This document shows, piece after piece, positions 9,222 through 18,168 of a DNA stretch of 63,198 nt. The DNA lies in the IMG/VR virus record IMGVR_UViG_3300028146_000011, positions 1 through 63,198 of that record, one strand, 5' to 3'. A program made the translations under genes and the position numbers. How positions within the stretch are numbered: the first letter of the stretch is position 1; every line of letters begins with the position of its first letter. The notes below the pieces were generated by a model. That model was not told the DNA's origin. It did no database searches and worked only from the letters and a program-made list of their open reading frames with translations. The stretch comes from a virus. Taxonomy: Duplodnaviria > Caudoviricetes.

Positions 9222-10262
9222 TTAGCTCGGCATCACGAATGCACCGGCAACCTTGTAACCCAGGTCACCAAGTACAGTTTCGAGAACACCCGGAGCGTCG
9301 AAGATTTGAGCGATGACAGCCGATGCCACTGCTTCACCCGACTTGGAGGTGAGGTGGTTGAAGGTGTCATTGCGGAGTTGCAAGCGGGCGAGAGTGTTGA
9401 CACCCTTCGCCGCTGAGATACCGAGTATGTCAGCGATGCCGTTAGAGGCGGCTGCACGGATGTCTGCACCGTCCAGTCCGACAGGGGCCGCTGGAGGTGC
9501 AGGAGCGCCATTCACTCTTGGAGCGGGAGCGGCCACGTGGTGAACTGGAGGAGCCGGAGGTGCGCCGTCGATGATGACGGGCTGTGCAGGCCAGCCCCCA
9601 CCACCTTCCCACGGTTTGCCGCCATCTAGGATCTGTCCGACGACAGCAATCTTCCGGTCCACTCGTGCAGCGCCGCCCTGGACTTCGGCGGTCTTGGACT
9701 GGAAGCCCTTGCGCTCCTCTGGTTCGTCAATGTGCTGGATGTAGACCCAGGTGCCCTCGATGGGGTCCACGCGGTTGGTGACGTACCCAATGGGTAAGCC
9801 ACACTCATACAGCGACTTGAGGAAGATGTTCCAGTTCGTCAAGCCTGCAAGAGTAGCCGCTGGTGCGCCAGGGATGGGGACGATACCCTTGCCGTGTGCC
9901 GGATTGGGCATGAAACTCTTGTGAGCGTCTGTGCCCATAGCGTAGAACTGCTGTTTCGCATTTTCCTGTCGCGGATCGTTGAGCGGTACGAGAGTTACGA
10001 CGACGCCCAGCTTGCGCTCGTCTTCTCGCTGCTTCTCGCCCTTGAACATCTGCACAGTTGCGTCTGTGATGACGTAGTTACCCTGCGGCGTGATGAAGCC
10101 TGAGCTATAGAAGCTCAACTCCATGAAGTTGGGGCCTTCAAGCCCTGGTGCTCCCCCCATCGGAGCCGGTGCTGCTGCGGCAGCCGCGTACTGTTGAACT
10201 GGCGGTGGAGGTGGAGGTGCCATAGGGGTTGGTGCTGAAGCCGTCTTTCTAGTGATTGCCAT
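9222..10262 (-). CDS. Pro/Ala-rich protein, candidate ssDNA-binding protein
   Basis: Position next to exonuclease and Sak4-like genes; beta-rich core; strong codon bias and RBS. Confidence 0.4.
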   Translation of the reverse strand: MAITRKTASAPTPMAPPPPPPVQQYAAAAAAPAPMGGAPGLEGPNFMELSFYSSGFITPQGNYVITDATVQMFKGEKQREDERKLGVVVTLVPLNDPRQENAKQQFYAMGTDAHKSFMPNPAHGKGIVPIPGAPAATLAGLTNWNIFLKSLYECGLPIGYVTNRVDPIEGTWVYIQHIDEPEERKGFQSKTAEVQGGAARVDRKIAVVGQILDGGKPWEGGGGWPAQPVIIDGAPPAPPVHHVAAPAPRVNGAPAPPAAPVGLDGADIRAAASNGIADILGISAAKGVNTLARLQLRNDTFNHLTSKSGEAVASAVIAQIFDAPGVLETVLGDLGYKVAGAFVMPS

Positions 10263-10289
10263 CTTGTGTCTTTCTCCAAAGTGTAATGA

Positions 10290-10562
10290 TTACATTTCCT
10301 GTTTTGTCCTAGCGACACTCGCTAGTCCGTTTCGTATCCAAGCTCTCGCGGCTTGGGTCGCTTCAAATCCTGTATCCTCCTCTCCACCATTGCCAAGCGC
10401 CCACCAGTAATAGACATCACGTCGAGTCTCACCTCTGCCTACTGACCCCTTCCACATATAATACTCACCCTTCTTACCGTTGTCTGCTGTGTATGCTACA
10501 CAGACTGCTTCAATTGGCACTCCCTGTGGTCTGGGCTTGTGTGGGATTTCATCCTGGCTCAT
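10290..10562 (-). CDS. Hypothetical protein
   Basis: ATGA overlap with the helicase; stop codon supplied by the palindrome at 10282. Confidence 0.55.
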   Translation of the reverse strand: MSQDEIPHKPRPQGVPIEAVCVAYTADNGKKGEYYMWKGSVGRGETRRDVYYWWALGNGGEEDTGFEATQAARAWIRNGLASVARTKQEM

Positions 10563-12136
10563 GGTAGCCTCGGTGGTGGCGGCGGTACTACTAGCGCCGG
10601 TGTTACCTTGAAGTGTTTGGGTACTAGATGACCTACTCTGTTGAGGAACCAATCTCCATGTCCATCGGCTAGTACCGTCTCGCATTGGTCCTTCTCATCT
10701 CGCATTGGCCTGCCCACCATCTGTACGAGTCGTCGGGCAGCATTGTACACACGGTACTCTCTGTCCTCCGCTTCTCTCGCCTTGAGGATCTTTGATGGCG
10801 GCTCGAATGGAATCTTACAGATGTACTGCCACTCACAGCGCTTGAAGCGGAAGTCATAGCCTGACTCAACGCTTGGGCTAACGAGTATCGCACCAGGATA
10901 GGTACCGTAGAAGCGCTCTAGTGTCTCCGCAACCGGCTCACCCTTATCGTTATAGATCATGTTGTTACCAAAGCGGCTGGCGTTCACGATCTCCTTGCGC
11001 CGCTCATAGCTGACCGTATGCACGACACAGTTGCGGTCTGTGCGTCTAGCGTGGATCTGATCGAACTTGAGCCAAAGGGGAGCTAAGCTATCTGCTCTGC
11101 TATCCACCCGCATTGCAGGTGAGTAGTAGACTGGGCAGCGCTCTGGAGGGAAGGTGGACGGGAACTCTCTAAACTCTGAATCCGCTCTGCCGATACCCAT
11201 CATATATAAGGTCTTGGGGCGAATCGTGGCAGACACAAATATGATATGAGGTACGTGCAGTAGTAGCGTGCTCTCCGCATACCGGCCAATGCGTATCGGG
11301 TCGAACTGATACCCAACGTTATTGATCTGTTCGACTATCCAGTCCTCTGGCCGTGCTGACTTGACTACTGCGAGACGACGCCAGAGATTCCGCATATGTG
11401 TGTAGTGTCTGACGTGAGATGGACGCGGTGAGGAGACGCCAGTTATCCGCGCCCGTGCGATGTTCATCTCGTTCTCTGCAACAGAGGCAGCATGTCTGGC
11501 CCATGTGCGCCATATCTCAATCTCTTCTGCCTCATGTGCTGCTGGGAAGCTAAGCTGTAGGTCCTTCTCTACCTCCTTGAAGTTGAGGACAACTCGCATC
11601 GCTTCTGCGATAGCATCAGGCCCTTCGTCACCTTCGTCGAATACCACCTGCTGAAAGTGGGCCATGCCGGTACCGTACTTGCGGCTGGCCGTCCACTTAG
11701 CATAGTTCGTTACCACTAAAGAGGATGCAGCGGCGGCCATCTCAGCTTGGCTGGAGGCGCACATGACAGTCCCGCGATGTGGGCAGTTAGCTGCGGTGCC
11801 TTCCTCACAGCTATAGTCTTCTCTCAGAGTGCATGGGTAGTTCTGCTTCCCCATGAGAGACACCATTCCACAGTCGCTAAAGTCCTCCATGTACTGTTTT
11901 TGCAAGGCCCTGCTATAAGTAACGATGCAGGTGGGACGGGCACTATACAGAGCACCGCCCACTACGGCGAGAGACTTGCCGAATCCTGTTGGCGCACAAG
12001 CCGCCTTGACTCTTTTGTTGGATGTAATGATTACATCAAGGAACTCTTCTTGGGCAGGACGCCAGCGGTCGAACTTAGCAGGAAGACCTAGCTCTTGGGG
12101 GGTTGGTATGCGGCGAGGTGGCCGGGTGAGTGCCAT
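10559..12136 (-). CDS. DinG/XPD-family SF2 helicase with Fe-S cluster Cys
   Basis: WRPAQ Q-motif, APTGFGKS, four-Cys cluster, VVTNY, FDEGD, VSAT, ESGYDF, KIPF, QMVGRPMR..D. Confidence 0.9.
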   Translation of the reverse strand: MALTRPPRRIPTPQELGLPAKFDRWRPAQEEFLDVIITSNKRVKAACAPTGFGKSLAVVGGALYSARPTCIVTYSRALQKQYMEDFSDCGMVSLMGKQNYPCTLREDYSCEEGTAANCPHRGTVMCASSQAEMAAAASSLVVTNYAKWTASRKYGTGMAHFQQVVFDEGDEGPDAIAEAMRVVLNFKEVEKDLQLSFPAAHEAEEIEIWRTWARHAASVAENEMNIARARITGVSSPRPSHVRHYTHMRNLWRRLAVVKSARPEDWIVEQINNVGYQFDPIRIGRYAESTLLLHVPHIIFVSATIRPKTLYMMGIGRADSEFREFPSTFPPERCPVYYSPAMRVDSRADSLAPLWLKFDQIHARRTDRNCVVHTVSYERRKEIVNASRFGNNMIYNDKGEPVAETLERFYGTYPGAILVSPSVESGYDFRFKRCEWQYICKIPFEPPSKILKAREAEDREYRVYNAARRLVQMVGRPMRDEKDQCETVLADGHGDWFLNRVGHLVPKHFKVTPALVVPPPPPRLP

Positions 12137-12150
12137 GTAGTTGAATACAC

Positions 12151-12179
12151 ATGGTATTACCACTATGCCTATTTGTCAA
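12151..12179 (-). promoter_or_regulatory. Sigma70-type promoter TTGACA-17-TACCAT for the replication operon
   Basis: Consensus spacing, upstream of the helicase ATG. Confidence 0.75.
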
Positions 12180-12205
12180 AGAATTTGTATGCCGGTTGAC
12201 TAACC

Positions 12206-12235
12206 TGTGGAAAACTAGTTGCAGACTGTGGAAAA
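12206..12235 (-). promoter_or_regulatory. Two DnaA-box-like 9-mers (TTTTCCACA) 21 bp apart
   Basis: tgtggaaaa at 12206 and 12227 match TTWTNCACA; non-coding context. Confidence 0.5.
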
Positions 12236-12345
12236 AGTAATGCCCCACGTGGCCGGTGTTGCGCGCCGTGGGGCTGTTGGAAGTCTCTTCGGGATAGATA
12301 AACAAGGGAAGGTCGTGATGTTAGCAACGGCCTTCAATTAAGAGT

Positions 12346-12374
12346 AGTATAACTGGCCGCTGCCTATTTGTCAA
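12346..12374 (-). promoter_or_regulatory. Sigma70-type promoter TTGACA-17-TATACT
   Basis: Near-consensus; fires into the non-coding 12180-12340 region. Confidence 0.8.
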
Positions 12375-12377
12375 TAG

Positions 12378-12614
12378 TTATGCAGCACGTTTGCGGGCGG
12401 CGATGTCTCTCAGCAATTCGTACACATCCACGCCAATTGACTCCGCGATGTGTATGAACACGTCCACGCTGGGCCGTCTCTTCCCGGCCAGAATACGCGA
12501 TAGGTACGTGTTGTCGATGCCGATCGAACGCGCCATAGCTGTCATGTTGACAGCTTTGCCGCACACCACAACTGAGTGCTTGTGAGGTTTCTCATGCACA
12601 AAGGTCGGTGTCAT
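12378..12614 (-). CDS. XRE-family HTH repressor-like protein
   Basis: AMARSIGIDNTYLSRILAGKRRPS....IAESIGV HTH_3 pattern. Confidence 0.85.
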   Translation of the reverse strand: MTPTFVHEKPHKHSVVVCGKAVNMTAMARSIGIDNTYLSRILAGKRRPSVDVFIHIAESIGVDVYELLRDIAARKRAA

Positions 12615-12620
12615 ACCTCT

Positions 12621-12648
12621 ATTGTATAAGGTGCCGTCAGCCTGTCAA
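12621..12648 (-). promoter_or_regulatory. Promoter TTGACA-16-TACAAT, probably leaderless, for the XRE gene
   Basis: ATG lies 6 nt after the -10. Confidence 0.65.
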
Positions 12649-12672
12649 ACAAAATGTAATCATTACAGACTC

Positions 12673-12706
12673 TTTAGTTGTAATTCAGACCAATTACAAC
12701 TAAACT
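12673..12706 (+). promoter_or_regulatory. Promoter TTGTAA-17-TAAACT overlapped by inverted repeat TTTAGTTGTAATT-N5-AATTACAACTAAA (operator-like)
   Basis: 13-bp inverted repeat arms; ATG of the Cro-like gene 6 nt after the -10. Confidence 0.65.
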
Positions 12707-12712
12707 ATATGT

Positions 12713-12937
12713 ATGGGTAGTCGTAGGCAGAGAGCGTTGTCTACCGATGAAATCGTCATCAAGGACTGGATTAAGGCCAACCGTGGTGTGTTGACACTGA
12801 TCGCTCTACAGCATGGAGTATCCCCCCAGTTTGTGCAGTCATACGCTTACGGCAGAGGCACTACCTGTCAGGGTCATCCTGTGGAGAAGAGTTTACATGA
12901 GTTTGGCTGGCCGGGGATAAGGAGACGCAATGTTTGA
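12713..12937 (+). CDS. Cro-like HTH protein
   Basis: LTLIALQHGVSPQFVQSYAYG; divergent from the XRE gene. Confidence 0.65.
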   Translation: MGSRRQRALSTDEIVIKDWIKANRGVLTLIALQHGVSPQFVQSYAYGRGTTCQGHPVEKSLHEFGWPGIRRRNV

Positions 12938-13076
12938 GATGGCGGTGTGCGCGGTGGCTGTAGGTATGACGTGGGCAATTAAATACCACTCGTACCAGGG
13001 TGCCCTCAACGTACTTATCGTGTTCTTGTGGATTTGCTGGTACTGCTGGGCATCTAGTAAAGGAGAAGTAAGATGA
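12930..13076 (+). CDS. Small membrane protein (48 aa, not in the ORF track)
   Basis: MFEMAVCAVAVGMTWAIK...LIVFLWICWYCW; AGGAG RBS. Confidence 0.5.
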   Translation: MFEMAVCAVAVGMTWAIKYHSYQGALNVLIVFLWICWYCWASSKGEVR

Positions 13077-13085
13077 GGAGGAAAC

Positions 13086-13253
13086 ATGCCGAAGTTCCTG
13101 GAAGAGAAGCTGAAGAAGGAATACCCCCGCAACCCCAGAGCGGTGTACGGGACGATGAACAAGATCGGAGCGATGCACGGATCGAAGATCACGGCAAAGG
13201 GCCGGGAGATGGAGCGCAACCACGAAATGAAGCTGGGCAAGAGGACCAAGTAG
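13086..13253 (+). CDS. Small basic protein (55 aa, not in the ORF track)
   Basis: MPKFLEEKLKKEYPRNPRAVYGTMNKIGAMHGSKITAKGREME...; strong GAGGAGG RBS. Confidence 0.65.
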   Translation: MPKFLEEKLKKEYPRNPRAVYGTMNKIGAMHGSKITAKGREMERNHEMKLGKRTK

Positions 13254-13397
13254 CTTGGCGAGGTGTGGTACACGGCATTGAGTACCGTGTAGTACTGCCT
13301 GTCTACCACCCTCTTGGATACGCTCACATCAAACTGGAGCGGCGTATATCGCATCCTCACGAAGAGGAGCAGTGGTCAGTAGAGTGGAGGGGCTGAT

Positions 13398-13589
13398 ATG
13401 TTTTGTGGGTGTTGTGGCCGTGAGATATCATGCTCTGTCCAGAGTGGTGCCGGTGAGTGGTGCTTTGACTGTTGGACTCACCTTGACCACACTCAGAGTG
13501 CGCCGTGGGATCAAACGTGGTTTGCACAGCATGGGACGCCCTGTCCATTTGAGCCTCAACCTGATGGTGGATTGGAAAAGGTGGCATAG
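13398..13589 (+). CDS. Small Cys-rich (Zn-finger-like) protein
   Basis: CxxC...CxxC. Confidence 0.5.
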   Translation: MFCGCCGREISCSVQSGAGEWCFDCWTHLDHTQSAPWDQTWFAQHGTPCPFEPQPDGGLEKVA

Positions 13590-14758
13590 TGAAGTCTTTC
13601 TCTAACCCCTTGTTAATCGTGTCTGATAACCCGGCCCTACCCGGCGGGCTGTCTCGAATGGGCCGCGACTTGGCCTCACTCTGCTGTACGCTGCCTCAGT
13701 TTCGAGTGGGCTACCTTGGCCGGGGTACTGGCAACACCTGCCGTTTCCCCTTTGTTTTGTATCAGTATCCAGAATCAGGGCAGTGGGGCGAAGCATATAT
13801 AAAGGATGCGTGGGATGACTTAGCAGGCTCAGACGAGGGTGTAATCATTACACTAGACGATCCCTCTCGCCGTCACTGGTTTGTCAATCCTACCGGCCTA
13901 CCCACTGAGCTTGCCTCATTCTTAGGCTCCGGCCGTAACTTCAAGCGTTGGGCATACTTCCCCATCGACAGCGTAGGCCCCGGTGGTACGACATTATCAA
14001 TGGCTGGGCGTGACTGTGTAGCCCGCTATGACCGTGTACTTGCAGCGTCAGAGTGGGCCTGCGATGTCCTACGCTGTGGAGGCAGAGCAGACGCAGACTG
14101 GCTACCCCACGGCATCATCCCCACCGTCTTCTATCCTTATAAGAATGCCCAGTCGCTACTTGATTGGACCGGCAAGGTAGTAGTTGGTGCTGTGATGGCC
14201 AACCAATCGCGTAAGGACTTCCCGGCAGCATTCGAGTGCTTCGCTGTGCTCAAGGCGAAGTACGGTAACCGATTCAAGGCGTGGCTCAACACTGACGTAC
14301 TAATGAGGTACTGGAATGTCTACGCATTGGCTGCTGACTATGGCGTGGGCGACTGTCTTGAAGTTAGTACAGGACTTAACGACGATCAGCTTGCTCTGCG
14401 GTACTCTGCTTGTGCTTGCACTGTACTTCCTACTGCCGGAGAGGGGTTCGGCTTCCCAATTGCTGAGAGTCTGGCTTGTGGCACTAGCTGCGTCACTACT
14501 GATTATGCTGCTGGTAAGGACCTTGTACCTGATGACTGCCGTATAAGGCCCATGTGCTTCCGAGTAGACACACAGCATAACGTACTTCGTGCCGTCATCA
14601 GTGGCTACGCTTTCGCACAGGCCGCTATTGGGCAGATTGAGGAGAAGTTAGCGGATTGGGACTACAGGTCAGAGCAGACGGCGGCATCAGTTACTCATCT
14701 ACACTGGCCTAATCTTCGCCACTTGTGGGAACGGTGGCTGTTAGCGGGGTTGAAATGA
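13589..14758 (+). CDS. Glycosyltransferase, GT-B fold (GT4-like)
   Basis: NQSRKDF and EGFGFPIAESLACG (EX7E) motifs. Confidence 0.92.
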   Translation: MKSFSNPLLIVSDNPALPGGLSRMGRDLASLCCTLPQFRVGYLGRGTGNTCRFPFVLYQYPESGQWGEAYIKDAWDDLAGSDEGVIITLDDPSRRHWFVNPTGLPTELASFLGSGRNFKRWAYFPIDSVGPGGTTLSMAGRDCVARYDRVLAASEWACDVLRCGGRADADWLPHGIIPTVFYPYKNAQSLLDWTGKVVVGAVMANQSRKDFPAAFECFAVLKAKYGNRFKAWLNTDVLMRYWNVYALAADYGVGDCLEVSTGLNDDQLALRYSACACTVLPTAGEGFGFPIAESLACGTSCVTTDYAAGKDLVPDDCRIRPMCFRVDTQHNVLRAVISGYAFAQAAIGQIEEKLADWDYRSEQTAASVTHLHWPNLRHLWERWLLAGLK

Positions 14759-15453
14759 CATACGCGATTGCAACTGTGCTGTGTGGTGGTCCAGGTCTTA
14801 AGTTGCCTGAGAGGGACTATCCACCAATCTTCCGAGTGAGCAACACTACCAATGTCATCAGTCCATGTCAGGCTTACTGGCGGATTCACCAGAGAGTACT
14901 GGCCGATGTCATTATCTACATCCACGATGATGTCACCATCCATGATGCAGACTGGATCGACAGGATTATGGAAGTGTTCGAGGAGCATCCTCCAGCCGTG
15001 GCGGTTGGTCTAGGTGGCGCTACCAAGCTGGGCAGCGATGATTTGCTGCGTAAGCCGTACGACATTCGCAATATGGCACGGTCAGGCTACGCTAGTAACC
15101 AGACTGACGCTGAGGTACACGGTGAGCAGTTCACTGGTGTGCGCCGCGTAGCTGTGCTTGACGCCTTCTGTATGGCTGTCAACCGCCGCTGGTTAGAGTG
15201 CCGTGGTGGATGGCCCACCAGTAAGCTGACCCACCACTGCCTTGACTTGTGGTTGGCGTGTGAGGCAGCAAGAGATAACAAGGACATTTACATGGTGGGA
15301 GCAAGCTGTACTCACCACGGGGGCGGCTCTAGCACTAAAGAAGGGTACGCCAAAGCCAGATGGCTACAGGGCGGCACGCTTGAGTCTGACCACCAGCGCC
15401 CACACGAGTGGCTGTACCGCGAGTACAAAGACGTGCTCCCTATCGAGGTGTAA
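14755..15453 (+). CDS. Glycosyltransferase, GT-A fold (GT2-like)
   Basis: YIHDDV, VAVLDAFCM, H.GGGS. Confidence 0.8.
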   Translation: MTYAIATVLCGGPGLKLPERDYPPIFRVSNTTNVISPCQAYWRIHQRVLADVIIYIHDDVTIHDADWIDRIMEVFEEHPPAVAVGLGGATKLGSDDLLRKPYDIRNMARSGYASNQTDAEVHGEQFTGVRRVAVLDAFCMAVNRRWLECRGGWPTSKLTHHCLDLWLACEAARDNKDIYMVGASCTHHGGGSSTKEGYAKARWLQGGTLESDHQRPHEWLYREYKDVLPIEV

Positions 15454-15460
15454 TCATTAC

Positions 15461-16150
15461 ATGACTAACATAGTGATGGCAGTCAAAGATCGCTACTTGC
15501 TCACACGGCAGGCGCTTGAGTCGCTATTCGACAACACGTCAGACTTCACTCTGACTATTGTAGACGATGAGAGCAGAGACTTCCGAGTGCGTAACATGCT
15601 CGATAAATATGCACTGTGGCCCCACGTGCTCCGTGTGAGGCTCACTGGCAGTGGTGGTGTGATCGCCCGCGTCAAGAACATTGGGGTGTTCTCCTCCGAG
15701 GCTGTATTCGTTCGTGGCGAGTGGCTGTACTTGTCTGACTGCGACGTGTGCTTCACAAAGGGATGGCTGGAGACTCTAACAGAGGTGGCGGCTCTCTCTG
15801 AGAAGGATGACTTTGCTCTGTGGGGTGGCCAGTTACACCCTTTCCACCACACTACCTTGATGCCACCGGTGTCAGGGCTGAACGAGTGCAACGTACTTGA
15901 TGGCCCATCATGGCTGATGCGTCACAAGACTTGGCAAGACATTGGTGGTATGGATTCTGGGTGTGCTCCCGGTCCTTGCATGGGAGAGGATGGCGCATTT
16001 TGTGAAGGACTCAAGGCGCAAGGTGGCCACATTGGTGTTGTCGTTCCTCATGTCGTCTACCATACCGGCCTGACACAGACTGATGGCAAGCCCGCACCTG
16101 GAGCAGATCAAAGACGACAACTCATCCCACCTGGAGTCTACTGTGAATAG
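15461..16150 (+). CDS. Glycosyltransferase family 2
   Basis: TIVDDES, KNIG, LSDCD, GEDG. Confidence 0.88.
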   Translation: MTNIVMAVKDRYLLTRQALESLFDNTSDFTLTIVDDESRDFRVRNMLDKYALWPHVLRVRLTGSGGVIARVKNIGVFSSEAVFVRGEWLYLSDCDVCFTKGWLETLTEVAALSEKDDFALWGGQLHPFHHTTLMPPVSGLNECNVLDGPSWLMRHKTWQDIGGMDSGCAPGPCMGEDGAFCEGLKAQGGHIGVVVPHVVYHTGLTQTDGKPAPGADQRRQLIPPGVYCE

Positions 16151-16757
16151 TTTATGCGTGTTCACAACTGGCACTGATCTCACTCTACTGAGACAGTCCT
16201 GTGACCTTGTAGGAGTTCCACTCCAAACGTACGATGTGCCTTGGTCTGGCTATGTCTCAGTCAAGATCAAGGCAGCACGAGACTTCCTGTCAACTAGGGA
16301 TGAGCCATACTCAATGTGGGTAGATGGTAATGACTCACTAATCCTTAAACCCATCACTAGGATACTAGACCAATATACATGGTCAGTTAGCTCCGCTAAG
16401 ATTCTGATCGCAGCTGAGGCTAACTGCTGGCCTGATTCCAGTCTCATGGATCAATACCCATTCGGAGCAGAGCCGCGTTTTATTAACTCTGGAGGTTGGA
16501 TAGGGCCAACGTCTTTACTAGTGGCTATTCTATGCAGGCTATCTACTCTGGCAACTACAGAGGACGATCAGTTGGAGTGGACCAAGCTATTCCTGTCCGG
16601 CGTAAAAGGTATTGCTATAGATCACGGTAGACGAGTGTTTGCTTCTATTAGTGACGGTCAAGCAGCACTGGACTGCGACTCCTGCGTTAAGCACTGGAAT
16701 GGCAGAGTCCCTGGTAGAGAGGAGTACTATGAGCGGTTTGCTGCTCAACATCGGTAG
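16143..16757 (+). CDS. PLOD/LH3-like glycosyltransferase domain protein
   Basis: WVDGNDS, AAEANCWPD, RFINSGGWIG, EDDQ and HWNG resemble the procollagen lysyl-hydroxylase GT domain. Confidence 0.75.
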   Translation: MNSLCVFTTGTDLTLLRQSCDLVGVPLQTYDVPWSGYVSVKIKAARDFLSTRDEPYSMWVDGNDSLILKPITRILDQYTWSVSSAKILIAAEANCWPDSSLMDQYPFGAEPRFINSGGWIGPTSLLVAILCRLSTLATTEDDQLEWTKLFLSGVKGIAIDHGRRVFASISDGQAALDCDSCVKHWNGRVPGREEYYERFAAQHR

Positions 16758-17262
16758 CGGTCAGCGGCCATTTCCTAAACCCTGGATCAACGTAGACAAG
16801 CAGGCTGTGTGGAATCCAGACGTGATATGGGACGCTGGTAATCCAATGGTGAAGTGCCCCTTTGATGATGGGTCAGCCTCTACTATTGTCCTCCATCATG
16901 TACTGGAACACTTCGGCTGTGGCGAAGCATCTAACCTACTGAGGCAGTGTCACTCTCTATTGAAGTCTAGCGGACTACTCTGTGTGTATGTTCCAGACTT
17001 GAGGGAGCTTGCTGACATGTGGATAGAGGGTCTACTATCAGATCAAGTGTACCTCACTAATTTATACGGCGCGTATATGGGCGATGAAGCGGATAGACAT
17101 AAGTGGGGATTCACTAAGTCCTCTCTAGTGGCTACACTTCAGGCTTCTGGATTCAGCAAAGTGCGATTCTTGACTAAGGGGCTAAGGGGGCTAAGGATGT
17201 CCTTACATGGAGCGGACATAGCTGAGGATAGGTGGATTCTAGGAGCGGTCGCATGTCGATAG
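16729..17262 (+). CDS. Class I SAM-dependent methyltransferase
   Basis: LNIGSG, WINVD, HHVLEHF, LKSSGLL..VPD. Confidence 0.88.
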   Translation: MSGLLLNIGSGQRPFPKPWINVDKQAVWNPDVIWDAGNPMVKCPFDDGSASTIVLHHVLEHFGCGEASNLLRQCHSLLKSSGLLCVYVPDLRELADMWIEGLLSDQVYLTNLYGAYMGDEADRHKWGFTKSSLVATLQASGFSKVRFLTKGLRGLRMSLHGADIAEDRWILGAVACR

Positions 17263-17954
17263 CTGTTGTAGTAGCCCGCAACAATCTTCACCTGACCAAG
17301 AAGGCTGTTAACTCTCTTCAGTCCTGTGTAGATAACGTGCTGGTAGTCGATAACCACTCTAGCGACGGCACAGCCGAATGGCTTAGAGCCAAGCGTACGC
17401 TCGCCATGTACCCACAAGTTGTCAAGTCTCTTGCGTGGTGTTGGAATACAGCCCTCAAGCACATATGGAAGGCGGGCTACACTGAGGCTCTAGTCTGCAA
17501 CAACGACATAGAGGTGAGACTAGACACTTACTCTATGCTAGTCTCTACTCCCTACGAGTTTGTGTCCTGTGTGTCGGTTGACTCTAAGTCTCAGGTAGGA
17601 GTGGCAGGCGACAAGAGCACCGAGTATTTAATAAGGTCAGCCCGGCCTCATCCAGACTTTAGCTGTTTCCTGATTCGCAAGACTGTGACTGACGCCATCG
17701 GCTTCTTTAACGAGTCCTACTACCCCGCCTACTGTGAGGACTGTGATTACCATGTCAGGATGCACCGGGCTGGTATCAAGGCTATGTGTGTTGACCTGCC
17801 CTTCCTACATCATGGCGCACAGACTGTGAAGCAAGCCAGCATTGGAGAACAGATCAGGATCAGGCGGGGAGCAGAGGAGAACAGAGAGAGGTTCCGCGTG
17901 AAGTACGGCTGTCTCCCCGGCACTCCTGAGTATTCAAAGCTGTTTGAAGTGTAA
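17253..17954 (+). CDS. Glycosyltransferase family 2
   Basis: VVDNHSSDGT, WN, CNND, GFFNE, EDCDY. Confidence 0.9.
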   Translation: MSIAVVVARNNLHLTKKAVNSLQSCVDNVLVVDNHSSDGTAEWLRAKRTLAMYPQVVKSLAWCWNTALKHIWKAGYTEALVCNNDIEVRLDTYSMLVSTPYEFVSCVSVDSKSQVGVAGDKSTEYLIRSARPHPDFSCFLIRKTVTDAIGFFNESYYPAYCEDCDYHVRMHRAGIKAMCVDLPFLHHGAQTVKQASIGEQIRIRRGAEENRERFRVKYGCLPGTPEYSKLFEV

Positions 17955-17970
17955 TGATTACAGGTGATAT

Positions 17971-18168
17971 ATGGAAGACTGGATGAGTATCTACAAGCCC
18001 TTGAGACTACAGGGCTGGCGTCTTACCTTACAGGATGGTGATGGCTGGTGGACTGCCACACTCACACAGATGAGCAGAGCTATATCAGTACGGTGTGGCT
18101 CAGCTACACCATTTCGGGCTGTGAGAGAAGCCGTGCGGATTGCGCGGGATCGACGGACTAGGGCTTGA
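17971..18168 (+). CDS. Hypothetical protein
   Basis: 65-aa ORF with AGGTG RBS after the palindrome. Confidence 0.45.
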   Translation: MEDWMSIYKPLRLQGWRLTLQDGDGWWTATLTQMSRAISVRCGSATPFRAVREAVRIARDRRTRA

